Positions 12,176-22,888 of a stretch of 64,000 bases of DNA are shown here, in pieces. Below the pieces are notes generated by a model. The model was not told where the DNA came from and searched no databases. It saw only the letters and a list, made by a program, of their open reading frames with translations. A program made the position numbers and the translations under genes. Origin of the DNA: Burkholderiales bacterium (GTDB lineage: Bacteria > Pseudomonadota > Gammaproteobacteria > Burkholderiales > SG8-39); assembly GCA_035637655.1 (NCBI GenBank), contig DASPWT010000207.1:1347-65346 (forward strand). The letters run 5' to 3'. Each line of letters begins with the position of its first letter. The stretch's first letter is position 1.

Positions 12176-14251
12176 ATGGCGAAGAGTAAGGCTGCGAAAA
12201 CCCCGCAAGCGGCAAGCCTGCTCGTTGAGCTTCTCACCGAGGAACTGCCGCCGAAATCGCTTTCGCTGCTCAGTAGGTTCTTCGGCGACGAAGTCGGCAA
12301 CAGACTCAGCCGCTATCGGCTCAAGCTTCGGGTTCCGGATTGGCGGGTTTTTGCAACGCCACGCAGACTGGCAGTACTCGTACCTGGCGTCCTGGCATTT
12401 GCGGAAGACCGATCAACGGAGGTGCCTGGGCCATCCATCAAAGCGCCGCCCGAGGCAGTGGCTGGCTTCGCCAGAAAGAACGGTGTTGACGTCGCGGCGC
12501 TGGAGCAGCGTGATACCCCTAAAGGAATATTCTATTTCGCGCACACGACGGTGAAGGGGGCTTCCCTCGACTCCGTACTCCCCGACATGGTCAACGAAGT
12601 CCTCCAGAAGCTTCCCGTTCCAAAGGTCATGCGCTGGGGCAACGGCGATAAACAGTTCGTGCGCCCCGCGCACGGCCTGGTGATGATGCATGGCAGGCGC
12701 GTGGTCCCGGGCACCGTTCTGGGCGTGCGCGCAGGCAACACGACGAGTGGGCATCGATTCATGGGAGCGGATTCGATTCGTCTGAGCAATGCGGACGAGT
12801 ACGAGGCAAGACTGCTCAAGGACGGTCGTGTCATCGCCGACTTCGCGGCGCGCGAATCTGAAATCGATCAGCAGCTGCAGGCCGAGGCCAAGCGCCAGAA
12901 GGCGCGTCTCGGCGAATATCAGGACCTGCTGGACGAAGTCGCCGCACTGGTCGAGTTCCCGGCCGTTTACGCAGGTGAATTCGAAGCCTCGTTCCTCGAG
13001 GTGCCACAGGAATGCCTGATCCTCACCATGCGTCAGAATCAGAAGTATTTTCCGCTGTTCGCCCCCGACGGGAAGCTGCTGCCGAAATTCCTCATCGTCT
13101 CCAATATGCGCGTCGACGATCCGCGCCCAATCGTCAGCGGCAACGAGCGGGTCGTCCGGCCCAGGCTCGAGGACGCGCGGTTCTTCTTCAACAAAGATCG
13201 GAAGACCCGCCTCGAGGCGCGCGTTCCGCAGTTGGCGAAAGTCGTGTTCCACAACAAGCTCGGCAGCCAACTCGAGCGCATGCAGAGAATCAAGCTGTTG
13301 GCCGGCGAGATTGCGCGCTCGCTTCGCGCGGATGTAATGCAGGCCGAGCGCGCCGCCGAGCTTTCCAAAGCGGATTTGCTCACCGCCATGGTCGGTGAAT
13401 TTCCGGAACTGCAGGGCGTCATGGGACGCTACTACGCCCTGCACGACGGCGAGCAGCGCGAAGTTGCCGATGCGATCGAGCAGCATTACCGCCCGCGCTT
13501 CGCCGGCGACAAGCTTCCCGAAGGGCCGATCGCCAGTGCAGTAGCGCTCGCCGACAAGCTTGATTCGCTCGCCGGCTTGTTCAGCATCAAGGAGCTGCCG
13601 ACCGGAGACAAGGACCCATTCGGACTTCGCCGCACAGCTCTGGGGGTCATTAGAATCGTCGTCGAAAATCAGCTTCCTTTGTCCCTAAGGGATCTCTTGG
13701 ACGCGGCTTTCGGGCCTTTCAGGGATAGGCCGCAAACGGATCTCAAGGTGTTTTTCACAGAACGCATGCGCAGCTATTTCCTTGAGCGTGGCTATTCCGC
13801 GAACGAGGTCGAGGCGGTTCTCAGCCTCAACCCGGTCGCGATCGCCCTCATTCCCAAGCAACTCGAAGCTGTTCGCGCGTTTTCCGCGCTTCCAGAAGCA
13901 GCCAGTCTTGCGGCGGCCAACAAGCGAATTGCCAACATACTGCGACAGGCGGAAAGCAAGGGCGAGTCATTTGCCGATGCTGACGTTTCAGCGCTCAAGG
14001 AGCCCGCCGAGATCTCGCTTTTCGAGGCCTTGCAGACGGCGTCCCGTTCGGCGAAGCCTCTATTCGACTCTGGAGATTTTGCCGGATATCTGAAAGCGTT
14101 TGCGTCTCTGAAGAGTCCAGTGGATTCGTTCTTCGACGTAGTCATGGTCATGACAGACGACAAGAAGCTTCGCGAGAACCGGCTCGCGCTGCTCACCGAT
14201 ATGCGCAAGGCGATGAATCGGTTCTCCGATATCTCCAAGCTGGCCGCATGA
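12176..14251 (+). CDS. glyS: glycine--tRNA ligase beta subunit
   Basis: 691 aa directly after glyQ. LLVELLTEELPPK N-terminus is typical of GlyS. Confidence 0.95.
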   Translation: MAKSKAAKTPQAASLLVELLTEELPPKSLSLLSRFFGDEVGNRLSRYRLKLRVPDWRVFATPRRLAVLVPGVLAFAEDRSTEVPGPSIKAPPEAVAGFARKNGVDVAALEQRDTPKGIFYFAHTTVKGASLDSVLPDMVNEVLQKLPVPKVMRWGNGDKQFVRPAHGLVMMHGRRVVPGTVLGVRAGNTTSGHRFMGADSIRLSNADEYEARLLKDGRVIADFAARESEIDQQLQAEAKRQKARLGEYQDLLDEVAALVEFPAVYAGEFEASFLEVPQECLILTMRQNQKYFPLFAPDGKLLPKFLIVSNMRVDDPRPIVSGNERVVRPRLEDARFFFNKDRKTRLEARVPQLAKVVFHNKLGSQLERMQRIKLLAGEIARSLRADVMQAERAAELSKADLLTAMVGEFPELQGVMGRYYALHDGEQREVADAIEQHYRPRFAGDKLPEGPIASAVALADKLDSLAGLFSIKELPTGDKDPFGLRRTALGVIRIVVENQLPLSLRDLLDAAFGPFRDRPQTDLKVFFTERMRSYFLERGYSANEVEAVLSLNPVAIALIPKQLEAVRAFSALPEAASLAAANKRIANILRQAESKGESFADADVSALKEPAEISLFEALQTASRSAKPLFDSGDFAGYLKAFASLKSPVDSFFDVVMVMTDDKKLRENRLALLTDMRKAMNRFSDISKLAA

Positions 14252-14781
14252 AACTCATCATCCTCGACCGCGACGGCGTGATCAACCACGACAGCGACGA
14301 GTTCATCAAGCACCCCGACGAGTGGCGGCCGATCCCCGGGAGCCTCGAGGCGATCGCGCGCCTCACGCAGTCCGGGTGGCGCGTCGTGGTCGCCACGAAC
14401 CAATCGGGGGTCGGCCGCGGTCTCATGGACATGGCAAGCCTGAATGCCATCAACTCCAAGATGCACAAGGCGGTGAATCAGGCGGGTGGACGCATCGAGG
14501 CGCTGTTCTATTGCCCCGACACGGCCGAGTCTCAGTCGCCCTGCCGCAAGCCCAATCCGGGAATGTTCTTCGCCATCGCCGAGCGCCTCAACGTCGCCCT
14601 CGACCAGGCGCCCTGCGTGGGCGACAGCCTGCGCGACCTCCAGGCGGCGGCCGCGGTGGGAGCCCATCCGATCCTGGTGCTCTCCGGCAAAGGCGCGAAA
14701 ACACGCTCCGCCGGCAAGCTTCCGGAAGGGACCACCGTTTATCCGAATCTGGCCGCGGTGGCGGACGCGCTGTGTCAATGA
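14248..14781 (+). CDS. gmhB: D-glycero-D-manno-heptose 1,7-bisphosphate phosphatase
   Basis: HAD motif ILDRDGVIN and the CPDTAESQSPCRKP zinc-loop region. ATGA overlap with glyS. Confidence 0.9.
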   Translation: MKLIILDRDGVINHDSDEFIKHPDEWRPIPGSLEAIARLTQSGWRVVVATNQSGVGRGLMDMASLNAINSKMHKAVNQAGGRIEALFYCPDTAESQSPCRKPNPGMFFAIAERLNVALDQAPCVGDSLRDLQAAAAVGAHPILVLSGKGAKTRSAGKLPEGTTVYPNLAAVADALCQ

Positions 14782-15491
14782 TCTTTCTGCGCTCGCTCGT
14801 CTTTCTCATCGCCCAGATCCTCTTCACCCCGCCTTACGCGATCATCGCCCTCGCCACGTTTCCCTTGCCGCGGCTTGCGCGCTATCGCGTGATCTCCGGC
14901 TGGTCGCGCGCGATGATCTGGCTCGCGAGGAAGGTGCTCGGCATCCACTACCGCGTGATCGGCATGGAAAACCTGCCACGGACTCCCGGCGTGATCCTGG
15001 CAAAGCACCAATCGGCGTGGGAAACCTTGGCCTTCCAGGTCATTTTCCCGCCGCAGGTGCTGGTATTGAAGCGAGAGCTCCTGTGGATCCCGTTCTTCGG
15101 CTGGGGTCTTGCGCTGACGAGCCCGATCGCGATCGACCGCAGCCGTGGCGTGCGGGCGCTGAATCGGATGGCCGAGCTCGGCCGCGAGCGGCTCGCTCAA
15201 GGGTTCTGGATCGCGATCTTCCCGGAAGGCACGCGCGTAAAACCGGGCGAACGCGGCAAGTATCACGAAGGCGGCGCATGGCTTGCGGTGAAATGCGGCG
15301 CGTCGGTCGTGCCGGTCGCGCACAACGCGGGCCTGTTCTGGGGCCGCAACGCCTTTCTCAAGCGTCCGGGAACAGTGACAGTGGAGGTCGGACCGCCGAT
15401 CGATTCGCGTGCTCACACACCGGAGTCGCTGAACCTGTCGGTCGAGGAGTGGATCGAGGGCCGCATGGCCAGTCTATGTCCCCGGCGCTGA
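14778..15491 (+). CDS. plsC: 1-acyl-sn-glycerol-3-phosphate acyltransferase
   Basis: KHQSAWE acyltransferase box and the FPEGTR box. Real start is ATG 14778 (ATGA overlap with gmhB). The upstream part of track ORF 14322..15491 is a shadow extension. Confidence 0.9.
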   Translation: MIFLRSLVFLIAQILFTPPYAIIALATFPLPRLARYRVISGWSRAMIWLARKVLGIHYRVIGMENLPRTPGVILAKHQSAWETLAFQVIFPPQVLVLKRELLWIPFFGWGLALTSPIAIDRSRGVRALNRMAELGRERLAQGFWIAIFPEGTRVKPGERGKYHEGGAWLAVKCGASVVPVAHNAGLFWGRNAFLKRPGTVTVEVGPPIDSRAHTPESLNLSVEEWIEGRMASLCPRR

Positions 15492-16222
15492 GGCAGCTGC
15501 AGCTTCCATTTGACGTCCCGCCGCGAGCGGAGATCGTCGGGCGTCTTCGCCAACTTCAGTTCGCGGGCGGCATGCTGAGCTACCACCTTGTGCGCGCCAG
15601 GCGGCGAACCATCGCGCTATTCGTCGATGGGGACGGAATCGAGGCGCGCGCACCACGCCGTGCCACGATCGCGGATATCGAGGCGTTCATCCGGGAAAAG
15701 GAGCGCTGGATCCGCAGACGGCTCGCCGAGCCGCGCCGGCGACCGCTCGTGTGGGAGGCCGGGGCGCGACTGCCGTGGCTCGGGCGCACTGTGACCTTGG
15801 CGCTGCGGCATGGAGAGATCGGCGTGTGGTTCTCGCAGGATAGGCTCGAGTTCGGGCTCGCCGACGGGGCGAGCCTGCGCGAGAGGGCGCTCGATTGGAT
15901 GCGGGGGCAGGCGCTGGAGTTTTTCCGTGAACGGGTTGCGGAGCTGGCGCGCATGCATGGGCTTCGCGTCTTGGTCGTGGGTCTTTCCAACGCGCAGAGC
16001 CGTTGGGGCAGCTGCGGCTCCAACGGGCGAATACTCCTCAGCTGGCGCCTGATGATGCTGCCGCCGCATCTCATCGACTACGTGGCCGCGCATGAACTCG
16101 CCCACCTGCGAGAGCTCAACCATTCACCGCGCTTCTGGGATATCGTCGCGCTTGTGTATCCGGACCATCGGGCGGCGCGGCGCGAATTGAGTGCCCGGGC
16201 GTTGACCTTGCCGGATCTATAG
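15476..16222 (+). CDS. YgjP-like (DUF45/M48-type) zinc metallopeptidase
   Basis: [16 protein letters not shown] (HExxH). Real start is ATG 15476. The rest of track ORF 14486..16222 is an Arg/Pro-rich extension over plsC. Confidence 0.8.
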   Translation: MSPALRQLQLPFDVPPRAEIVGRLRQLQFAGGMLSYHLVRARRRTIALFVDGDGIEARAPRRATIADIEAFIREKERWIRRRLAEPRRRPLVWEAGARLPWLGRTVTLALRHGEIGVWFSQDRLEFGLADGASLRERALDWMRGQALEFFRERVAELARMHGLRVLVVGLSNAQSRWGSCGSNGRILLSWRLMMLPPHLIDYVAAHELAHLRELNHSPRFWDIVALVYPDHRAARRELSARALTLPDL

Positions 16223-16233
16223 GAAGAGCATCG

Positions 16234-16617
16234 ATGCGAATTCTCCACACCATGTTGCGAGTAGGCGATCTGGAGCGGTCGCTGCGCTTCTACACCGAGG
16301 TTCTCGGCATGCGGCTGCTCCGCCGCAAGGACTATCCTGACGGAAAATTTACCCTGGCTTTCGTCGGTTACGGCGACGAAAGCGATACCGCGGTGCTCGA
16401 ACTGACCCACAATTGGGGCGTGGACAAGTATGAGCTCGGCAACGCTTACGGCCACATCGCCATCGCAGTGGATGACGCTTACAAGGCTTGCGAGGAAGTG
16501 AAGCGCCGCGGGGGAAAGGTCACGCGCGAGGCGGGGCCGATGAAGCACGGGACGACGGTGATCGCCTTTATCGAGGACCCCGACACCTACAAGATCGAAT
16601 TGATCGAGCGCAAGTAG
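16234..16617 (+). CDS. gloA: lactoylglutathione lyase (glyoxalase I)
   Basis: [26 protein letters not shown] and [20 protein letters not shown] upstream. Confidence 0.95.
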   Translation: MRILHTMLRVGDLERSLRFYTEVLGMRLLRRKDYPDGKFTLAFVGYGDESDTAVLELTHNWGVDKYELGNAYGHIAIAVDDAYKACEEVKRRGGKVTREAGPMKHGTTVIAFIEDPDTYKIELIERK

Positions 16618-16659
16618 GCTCGACGATGCTCCAAGGGCTGGGTGCTCGCGCGCAGGCGC

Positions 16660-17331
16660 TCAGCGAAAAGTTCCGGGCGCCCCGGCAACGCGGTATTTGC
16701 GGATCTCGCTCTGCTGCCCGATCAGTGTCTTGGCGAAGTCTTCCAGCATGTCGTCGCTGATTTCCTGCGCCGGAACCGATAGGTACTCCACCCCCAGGCC
16801 AAAGAGATGCGTCGCCTGGAAGTGCAGCTTGCCTTGCTCGTGGTCCGCCTTGATGATGATGTCCGTGAGGACCGCGGCCGGAACGATGAACTTGGCGCCG
16901 ATGACGAAACCCTTGGCGCTCTTCTTTTCCTCCTCCACGAATTTGACCTTGCTGAGCCAAAGAGACTCACGGATGCGTTGCATCACGGGCGGCATGTCTT
17001 TCTCGATCACCACGGCGTCAGGGCCGGCCCACTTGACGAAGAAATGCGTCGTGTCGAAATATTCCTTGTCGTTAATGCGCTTTTTCCGGTAGTCGATGAA
17101 CGACTCGGTGAACACGAGATTCCTGAAATCGGCGACCCCAGGGATCGAGTACACGAGGGGGCTGGTGGGCTTGACCACCGCGAGCTGCTTGAGCAGTTCG
17201 TGCACGTACTGGAACGTCTGTTTCATCTTGTCTTCGACCAGCTTGAGCTTGTCCCCCTGCAGATTCTGCTGATGAATCTGCTGGGTCTTCACCAAGTCGG
17301 CCTGTTTTTTCAGGTCGTCAAGAAGGCCCAT
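16660..17331 (-). CDS. hypothetical protein (N-terminal coiled coil, no recognisable domain)
   Basis: 223-aa ORF with a GGGGGA RBS 5 nt before the ATG and coding-like composition. I recognise no family. Confidence 0.6.
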   Translation of the reverse strand: MGLLDDLKKQADLVKTQQIHQQNLQGDKLKLVEDKMKQTFQYVHELLKQLAVVKPTSPLVYSIPGVADFRNLVFTESFIDYRKKRINDKEYFDTTHFFVKWAGPDAVVIEKDMPPVMQRIRESLWLSKVKFVEEEKKSAKGFVIGAKFIVPAAVLTDIIIKADHEQGKLHFQATHLFGLGVEYLSVPAQEISDDMLEDFAKTLIGQQSEIRKYRVAGAPGTFR

Positions 17332-17402
17332 CGCCGTCCCCCTGCTTCAAACCTCATATCGATCTATCTATACACCATTTTGCCAGCGGGCGTTTGCGCG
17401 GT

Positions 17403-18188
17403 CTAGGTACGACGCTGCGCGAGCCGGTTGGCGATTGTGACAAAAGCCGCAACCGGGAGGTTTTGTGCACGCTTGCCCGGGTCGATGCCGAGTTCGGCGA
17501 GGTCGGTTGCGGAAATCAGACTCGAGAGCGTGTTTCTCAGAGTCTTTCGCCGCATCGAAAACGCCTGCGTAACGATCCCGGAGAAGCCGGCTTCATTCAG
17601 GGCATCGAGCTCCGTCGAAGGCCGCGGTACGAGCCGCACGACTGCAGAGTGAACTTTGGGCGGTGGCCGGAATGACTCGGGGGCGACCGTGAAAAGCCGC
17701 TCGAGGCGGAAGCGATACTGCAGCGAGACCGACAGCCGCCCGTATTGGGGTTCGGAAGGCTTCGCGACCATCCGTTCTACGACCTCGTGCTGCAGCATGA
17801 AATGGAGATCCGTGCACCTGGCCGCCGCGGCGGCAACGTGGAACAAGAGGGGGGTGGAAATATTGTAAGGGAGGTTGCCCACGACTCTAAGAGGCGCAGG
17901 CAGCGTCGCAAAGTCGAAGCACAGCGCATCGGCTTGGTGTACCGTCAGGCGATCGGCGGGGTAGCGCTCACGCAGGCGCTCGCTCAGGTCCCGGTCGAGT
18001 TCGACGACGTGAAGGTGCCCGACGCGCTCGAGCAACGGCGTCGTCAGCGCCCCGAGCCCGGGGCCGATTTCGACGATGTGCTCGCGCCGGTGCGGATCGA
18101 TTGCGGAAACGATCCGCTCGATGACCCCCGGGTCGACGAGAAAGTGCTGACCGAATCTTTTTCGCGGGACATGCCGAGACGTGGCCAC
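17403..18188 (-). CDS. rsmA: 16S rRNA (adenine1518/1519-N6)-dimethyltransferase
   Basis: KRFGQHFLVD and IVEIGPGLGALT SAM motifs. Position downstream of pdxA. Confidence 0.95.
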   Translation of the reverse strand: MATSRHVPRKRFGQHFLVDPGVIERIVSAIDPHRREHIVEIGPGLGALTTPLLERVGHLHVVELDRDLSERLRERYPADRLTVHQADALCFDFATLPAPLRVVGNLPYNISTPLLFHVAAAAARCTDLHFMLQHEVVERMVAKPSEPQYGRLSVSLQYRFRLERLFTVAPESFRPPPKVHSAVVRLVPRPSTELDALNEAGFSGIVTQAFSMRRKTLRNTLSSLISATDLAELGIDPGKRAQNLPVAAFVTIANRLAQRRT

Positions 18189-18191
18189 TGT

Positions 18192-19232
18192 CTAGCGGAC
18201 CGTCCGAGCCTCGGCTTGTGCCATCTCGATCGCCGCCTCGACCGCCTCGATGAGGCTGTCGGGTTCTGCCCGACCGGTGCCGGCAAGCTCGATCGCCGTG
18301 CCGTGGTCGACCGAGGTGCGGATCATGGGCAAGCCGAGCGTGACGTTGATGCCCCTCCCGAAGCTCGCGTACTTGAGCACGGGCAAGCCCTGATCGTGAT
18401 ACATCGCAAGTACGCAATCAGCCCCAGCGAGCCGATCCGGAACAAACAGCGTATCCGCCGGCAGAGGCCCTGTGAGCCGCAAACCTTCCGCGCGCAATTT
18501 CTCGAGAACCGGTCCGATCACTTCGATTTCCTCTCGCCCGAAATAACCGCCCTCGCCGCTATGCGGATTGAGACCGGCGACCAGAATCCGCGGCGCGGAG
18601 ATGCCGAGCCGGCGGATGAGCTCCGCGTGGAGAACCCGGATGGTCCGTTCGAGGCCTTTGCGGGTCAGCGCGCGCGGCACGTCTTTCAAGGCGAGGTGCG
18701 TGGTCGCAAGCGCGACGCGCAGGCCGCCGCCCGCGAGCATCATGACCACCTGAGCAGCGCCGGTACGCTCGGCGAGATACTCCGTGTGGCCGATGAAGGG
18801 GATGCCGCCGTCGTTGATGACGCCCTTGTGCACCGGTGCGGTCGTGAGCGCCGCGAACTCGCCTGCCTTGCAGCCTGCGATTGCGCGGTCGAGAAGCGAA
18901 ATCACGTAAGGCGCGTTGCGCCGATCAAGCGTGCCTGCCCGACAGGTGGTTGAGAGCGGGATATGCAGACACGCGATCGAATCCGATATCAAGCCCGCGC
19001 CGGGATCACACAGCCGCACCCGGAGCCCGAGTTGCCGGGCGCGGCTCTCGAGCATCTCCCGGTCTCCAAGAACCACGATGCGCGCGGCAAACCTCTGTCG
19101 CGCGAGGGCCAGACAGATATCCGGACCGATGCCCGCCGGCTCCCCGGAGGTCACCGCTATGACCGGGACGGAATTCGAGCCCGAGGCAACGGCTGCCCGG
19201 GACACCGCCGGCTTTTCAAGTCGGGCGTTCAC
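18192..19232 (-). CDS. pdxA: 4-hydroxythreonine-4-phosphate dehydrogenase
   Basis: VIAVTSGEPAGIGPD and GLNPHSGEGG motifs. The track start 19286 lies 58 nt inside surA. GTG 19232 gives a GTGA overlap with the surA stop and is the more likely start. Confidence 0.9.
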   Translation of the reverse strand: MNARLEKPAVSRAAVASGSNSVPVIAVTSGEPAGIGPDICLALARQRFAARIVVLGDREMLESRARQLGLRVRLCDPGAGLISDSIACLHIPLSTTCRAGTLDRRNAPYVISLLDRAIAGCKAGEFAALTTAPVHKGVINDGGIPFIGHTEYLAERTGAAQVVMMLAGGGLRVALATTHLALKDVPRALTRKGLERTIRVLHAELIRRLGISAPRILVAGLNPHSGEGGYFGREEIEVIGPVLEKLRAEGLRLTGPLPADTLFVPDRLAGADCVLAMYHDQGLPVLKYASFGRGINVTLGLPMIRTSVDHGTAIELAGTGRAEPDSLIEAVEAAIEMAQAEARTVR

Positions 19233-20542
19233 CGTTCTTCGAGCCGCATTTCCACGTACGCGCGATCGCGCAACTGGCGCAGCCATTCCTGATAGGCCTC
19301 GTCACCCTTTCTGTCGAGAAGAGCCTTGCGCGCCTCGACGCGCCTGCGCTCGGAAGACATGTCGGCCGTACGCCGCTCGAGCACCTGAATGAGATGCCAT
19401 CCGAACGGAGTCTTGACAGGCTGGCTTACATCCATCGGCTTCAACTCCGTAAAAGCGCGCTCGAATTCCGGCACGGTATCGCCCGGATAGATCCATCCCA
19501 GATCTCCACCCCGAGAGGCCGAGCCGTCGTCCGAATTCAGGCGGGCGAGCTCGGCGAAGTTCACTCCGTTTACAATCCGTTCCCGCAGGCTGCGCAGCTT
19601 CCTGTTGGCCTCGTCCTCGGAAACGAGATCGTTGGTGCGTACCAGAATATGACGCACGTGCGCCTGCTCCACGAGCAGAGGCGCGCCGGCGCCGCGCAGC
19701 TCGAGGAGCTTGACTACGTGGAATCCGGCGGGGCTTCGAAACACACTGCTGATGTCTCCGGGCTTCAGGCCCCTCAAGGCCTCGACATACAACTCCGGCA
19801 TCCGCTGCTGACTGCGCCAACCCATCACGCCTCCCTGAAGCGCATCCGGCGCATCGGAGTAGGCGGCGGCGAGCTGGGCGAACTCCGCGCCGTCCCTGAG
19901 CCGCTTGACCGCTTCCTCGGCGCGGGCACGCCGGGTTTCCAGCTGCTCGGGGGTCGCCTGCTCGGGTACCCGGATCAAAATGTGCGCGATGTTATATTCA
20001 GTCGCAGTGTCTTTTCTTTCGCTCTGCTCGAGTAGCAGATTCTCGATCTCACCTTCGCTGACGGTGATCTTGCCGGTGACCTCGCGGTCCCGCACGCGAT
20101 TCATCAGAATCTCATTGCGCAGCTCTTCCCGAAATCTGTCGAAAGGGATCGCATCGCGCTCGAGCGTCTGCCGGAATTCCGTCAATGAGAGCTTGTTCCC
20201 CTCGGCGACCCGGCTGAGGGTACGATCGAGCTCCAAATCATCCACGCGCACCCCAGTCTCCCGGGCGTATTGCAACTGAACTTTTTCGATGATGAGGCGC
20301 TCCAGCACCTGGCGCTCGATCTCACCGCGATCGGGAAGGGACGTTCCGCGCCGCTGCAACTCCTTCTGCACGCGATTCATCCGCTCCGCCAGGTCGTACT
20401 GCGTGATCACCTCTTTGTTGACTACCGCGACGATCCGGTCGATCAAGTCGATGCGCGCCGCGGCAGCCTGCTCCGGGCGAGCGCTTTGCGCGAACGCCGC
20501 GCCACACACCGCCAGCAACAGAATGGTAAGTTGAAATCTCAT
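19229..20542 (-). CDS. surA: periplasmic chaperone / peptidyl-prolyl isomerase SurA
   Basis: Signal peptide, SurA N-domain and two parvulin repeats (FGWHLIQV). Confidence 0.95.
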   Translation of the reverse strand: MRFQLTILLLAVCGAAFAQSARPEQAAAARIDLIDRIVAVVNKEVITQYDLAERMNRVQKELQRRGTSLPDRGEIERQVLERLIIEKVQLQYARETGVRVDDLELDRTLSRVAEGNKLSLTEFRQTLERDAIPFDRFREELRNEILMNRVRDREVTGKITVSEGEIENLLLEQSERKDTATEYNIAHILIRVPEQATPEQLETRRARAEEAVKRLRDGAEFAQLAAAYSDAPDALQGGVMGWRSQQRMPELYVEALRGLKPGDISSVFRSPAGFHVVKLLELRGAGAPLLVEQAHVRHILVRTNDLVSEDEANRKLRSLRERIVNGVNFAELARLNSDDGSASRGGDLGWIYPGDTVPEFERAFTELKPMDVSQPVKTPFGWHLIQVLERRTADMSSERRRVEARKALLDRKGDEAYQEWLRQLRDRAYVEMRLEER

Positions 20543-20560
20543 CGTTTCATTGTCAAGCCA

Positions 20561-22888
20561 TCAGTCGTAGAAATCAAATGATTCGCCGGGTTTCCTGTCG
20601 GGTGAAAGAGCGTTGATCCGCTGGTAACCCGGAATGTTGCGTTTCAAGGCCTCGAGGGGATTGGACCCGAGGCGCGAAAAGCCGTTCAGCTCCAGCTGCA
20701 AGAACACGCTCGACGACGAGGTGCCGGCCGTCAGTGCGAATCGCTGCATGATGATGCGGCTCGTCCAGCAGTCGGCCCCGTATTCCAGTCCGCCTATGCC
20801 CTCGACGATCCGGCTGTCGGCGAGCGAGTAGTTGAAGCGTCCGACGCCATACCAGCGACCGAAGATCGGCCACTGTGCCGACAGGTCTACCTGCTTGAGC
20901 GGAACCGTCGTCGTAATGTCACCGCTCAGGTACCGGTAGCTCAGGTTGAGCGCCTTGAGCCCCTCGGGCCGATAGCGCGCTGCCAGGGTCAAGCGCTCGG
21001 TGCGGCGATCGCGTTGATCGTATTCGGAAGCTCCCTCGATGGTCCAGTGCTGGCTCACGCGCCCCGACAGCGCGGCGAGCCAGTTCGACGCGCTGTAGGT
21101 GCGCGGCGCGTCCGTAGGACTGAGCGTGACCCGTTGATCGCTGAAATAGTAGCGCTGGCCGAAGGTGCCGCGCAGCACTTCCTGCCCGCTCGAGGGCAGA
21201 AGCATGCGTGACGTTACTGCTGCAGTGAGCTGACGCGCGTCGTTGATGCGGTCGCCCCCGGAAAACCTGTTTTCGGAAAAGATCTGAGCGTAGTTGAAGT
21301 CTGCGATCGCGGTGTCGAACAGCGGAATCTGGTTCTGGTCGCGAAACGGGACGTACACATAGTAGAAACGCGGTTCGAGCGTCTGCGTCACCGCCTGTCC
21401 GAACGCCTGGGTCTCCCTCTCGTAGATCAGTCCGGTGTCGAGACTGAAAACGGGAAGCGTGCGGCTGATCGAATCCGGGAACGCCGGGATGTTCGAAATC
21501 GGTCTCGGTGCTACCGAGCCCGGGATCACTGGGATCTCATCAAGCGAGTAGTACGTGTAGTGCACGCCGACCTTGGGTGTGAGGAAGGAACCCGGCGTGA
21601 TGAACGGCAGGCTGAGGCTCGGATAGAACGTCGAGCGCTTGCCATTCACAAGCGTGGGGTGGGTGAAGTCGACGAACTCGGCCGTGGACCCGAAATCGAG
21701 ACCGCCGATGTCCTGACGCAGAGTGGACAAGGTGATCTGAGGGGTGCGGCCATAAGGGACGACGATCGGATTGTCCGGATCCTGCAGGACCTGGAACCGT
21801 TGCACCCGCGCGGTCGCCGAGTAGGTGCCCGTGTCCCACCACTTGCCGTTGTAGGTCAAAAAGCCCTCCCGAGGAAGCGTGGCCTGCGAAGCGATGTTGA
21901 TGCGGGTCGCAAGGTCGCGGAAATAGTTGTCGTCGGAAACTTTGTTCAGGTTGAGTCCGCCAAGGAGGGAGTCATCGCGGTTGTAGCGGTGAACCAGGCT
22001 CATCGCCAAGCGGCCGCGATCCGCAGCACGGTCATGCGGGAGCACCTCCGCGTTGAAATCGCCGTTGTAGTCCTTCTGCAAATAACGGAACTGCTCCGCG
22101 AGCTGCAATCCGCGCTTTTCCATGTAACGCGGCGTGAGCGTGAGGTCGTAGTTGGGCGCGAGATTCAGGTAATACGGAACTCCGAACTCGGGTCCGCTCT
22201 TCCCGGTAGCGCCGATCGAAGGCGGAAGAAAGCCCGACTTGCGCTGGTTATTCAGAGAAAAGTCAAAGGAAGGCGCGGCGATGACCGGCAGTCCCTCGAA
22301 ATACACGCTGGCGCCGCGCGCGGTCCCCACGTCGCGCGTGAAATCCAGTTCCAACTCGTCGGCCTGGACCCGCCAGCCGTCGTCGCCCGGCTTGCAGGAG
22401 GTGAAGAAACCATCCTTGATCCTGTACTGGTTTTCACCCAGGATCTCGATCGTCTCGGCTTGCCCGCGCGCCGAGACGGGTTGCTGACCCGCCTTTGGGC
22501 GCGGCGTGAAAGTGAAGTCGGGTTTCTCGAATAGTCCGGTCCCATCCCTGATCGAATACCTCAGCGCCGGGCCCTTCAAAGTGTCGCCGTTGCGTTGAAG
22601 GCGGACGTCGCCGCGGGCTTCGACGTCTTCATCTCCTTCGTGATATGTCAGCGAGTCGGCGCGGATCGACAAGCCCCCTTGACGCAAGCTGGCGTTGCCC
22701 TGAGCCGTGGTGTCCTTTCCTGCAACGCCTTCGATGCGATCCGCGTCCAAGATGATCGGCAAGGCGCCTGTCTTGGATCGTTGCTCGGAAGAACTCCGCA
22801 GCTGAAGTCCCTGCCCCTGTGCGTACACCGCGGCGGAGCAAGACAGCGCAATTGCCAACGCCGCACGGCGGGCAGGTGAACAAGACAT
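20561..22888 (-). CDS. lptD: LPS-assembly outer-membrane protein LptD
   Basis: Signal peptide from ATG 22888 (MSCSPARRAALAIALSCSAAVYAQ), OstA-like N-domain and a large beta-barrel. Start trimmed from 23017. Confidence 0.95.
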   Translation of the reverse strand: MSCSPARRAALAIALSCSAAVYAQGQGLQLRSSSEQRSKTGALPIILDADRIEGVAGKDTTAQGNASLRQGGLSIRADSLTYHEGDEDVEARGDVRLQRNGDTLKGPALRYSIRDGTGLFEKPDFTFTPRPKAGQQPVSARGQAETIEILGENQYRIKDGFFTSCKPGDDGWRVQADELELDFTRDVGTARGASVYFEGLPVIAAPSFDFSLNNQRKSGFLPPSIGATGKSGPEFGVPYYLNLAPNYDLTLTPRYMEKRGLQLAEQFRYLQKDYNGDFNAEVLPHDRAADRGRLAMSLVHRYNRDDSLLGGLNLNKVSDDNYFRDLATRINIASQATLPREGFLTYNGKWWDTGTYSATARVQRFQVLQDPDNPIVVPYGRTPQITLSTLRQDIGGLDFGSTAEFVDFTHPTLVNGKRSTFYPSLSLPFITPGSFLTPKVGVHYTYYSLDEIPVIPGSVAPRPISNIPAFPDSISRTLPVFSLDTGLIYERETQAFGQAVTQTLEPRFYYVYVPFRDQNQIPLFDTAIADFNYAQIFSENRFSGGDRINDARQLTAAVTSRMLLPSSGQEVLRGTFGQRYYFSDQRVTLSPTDAPRTYSASNWLAALSGRVSQHWTIEGASEYDQRDRRTERLTLAARYRPEGLKALNLSYRYLSGDITTTVPLKQVDLSAQWPIFGRWYGVGRFNYSLADSRIVEGIGGLEYGADCWTSRIIMQRFALTAGTSSSSVFLQLELNGFSRLGSNPLEALKRNIPGYQRINALSPDRKPGESFDFYD

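Noticed and set aside
17745-18953. 402-aa plus-strand ORF.
   Set aside because: It is antisense to rsmA and pdxA. It is an Arg/Asp-rich shadow.
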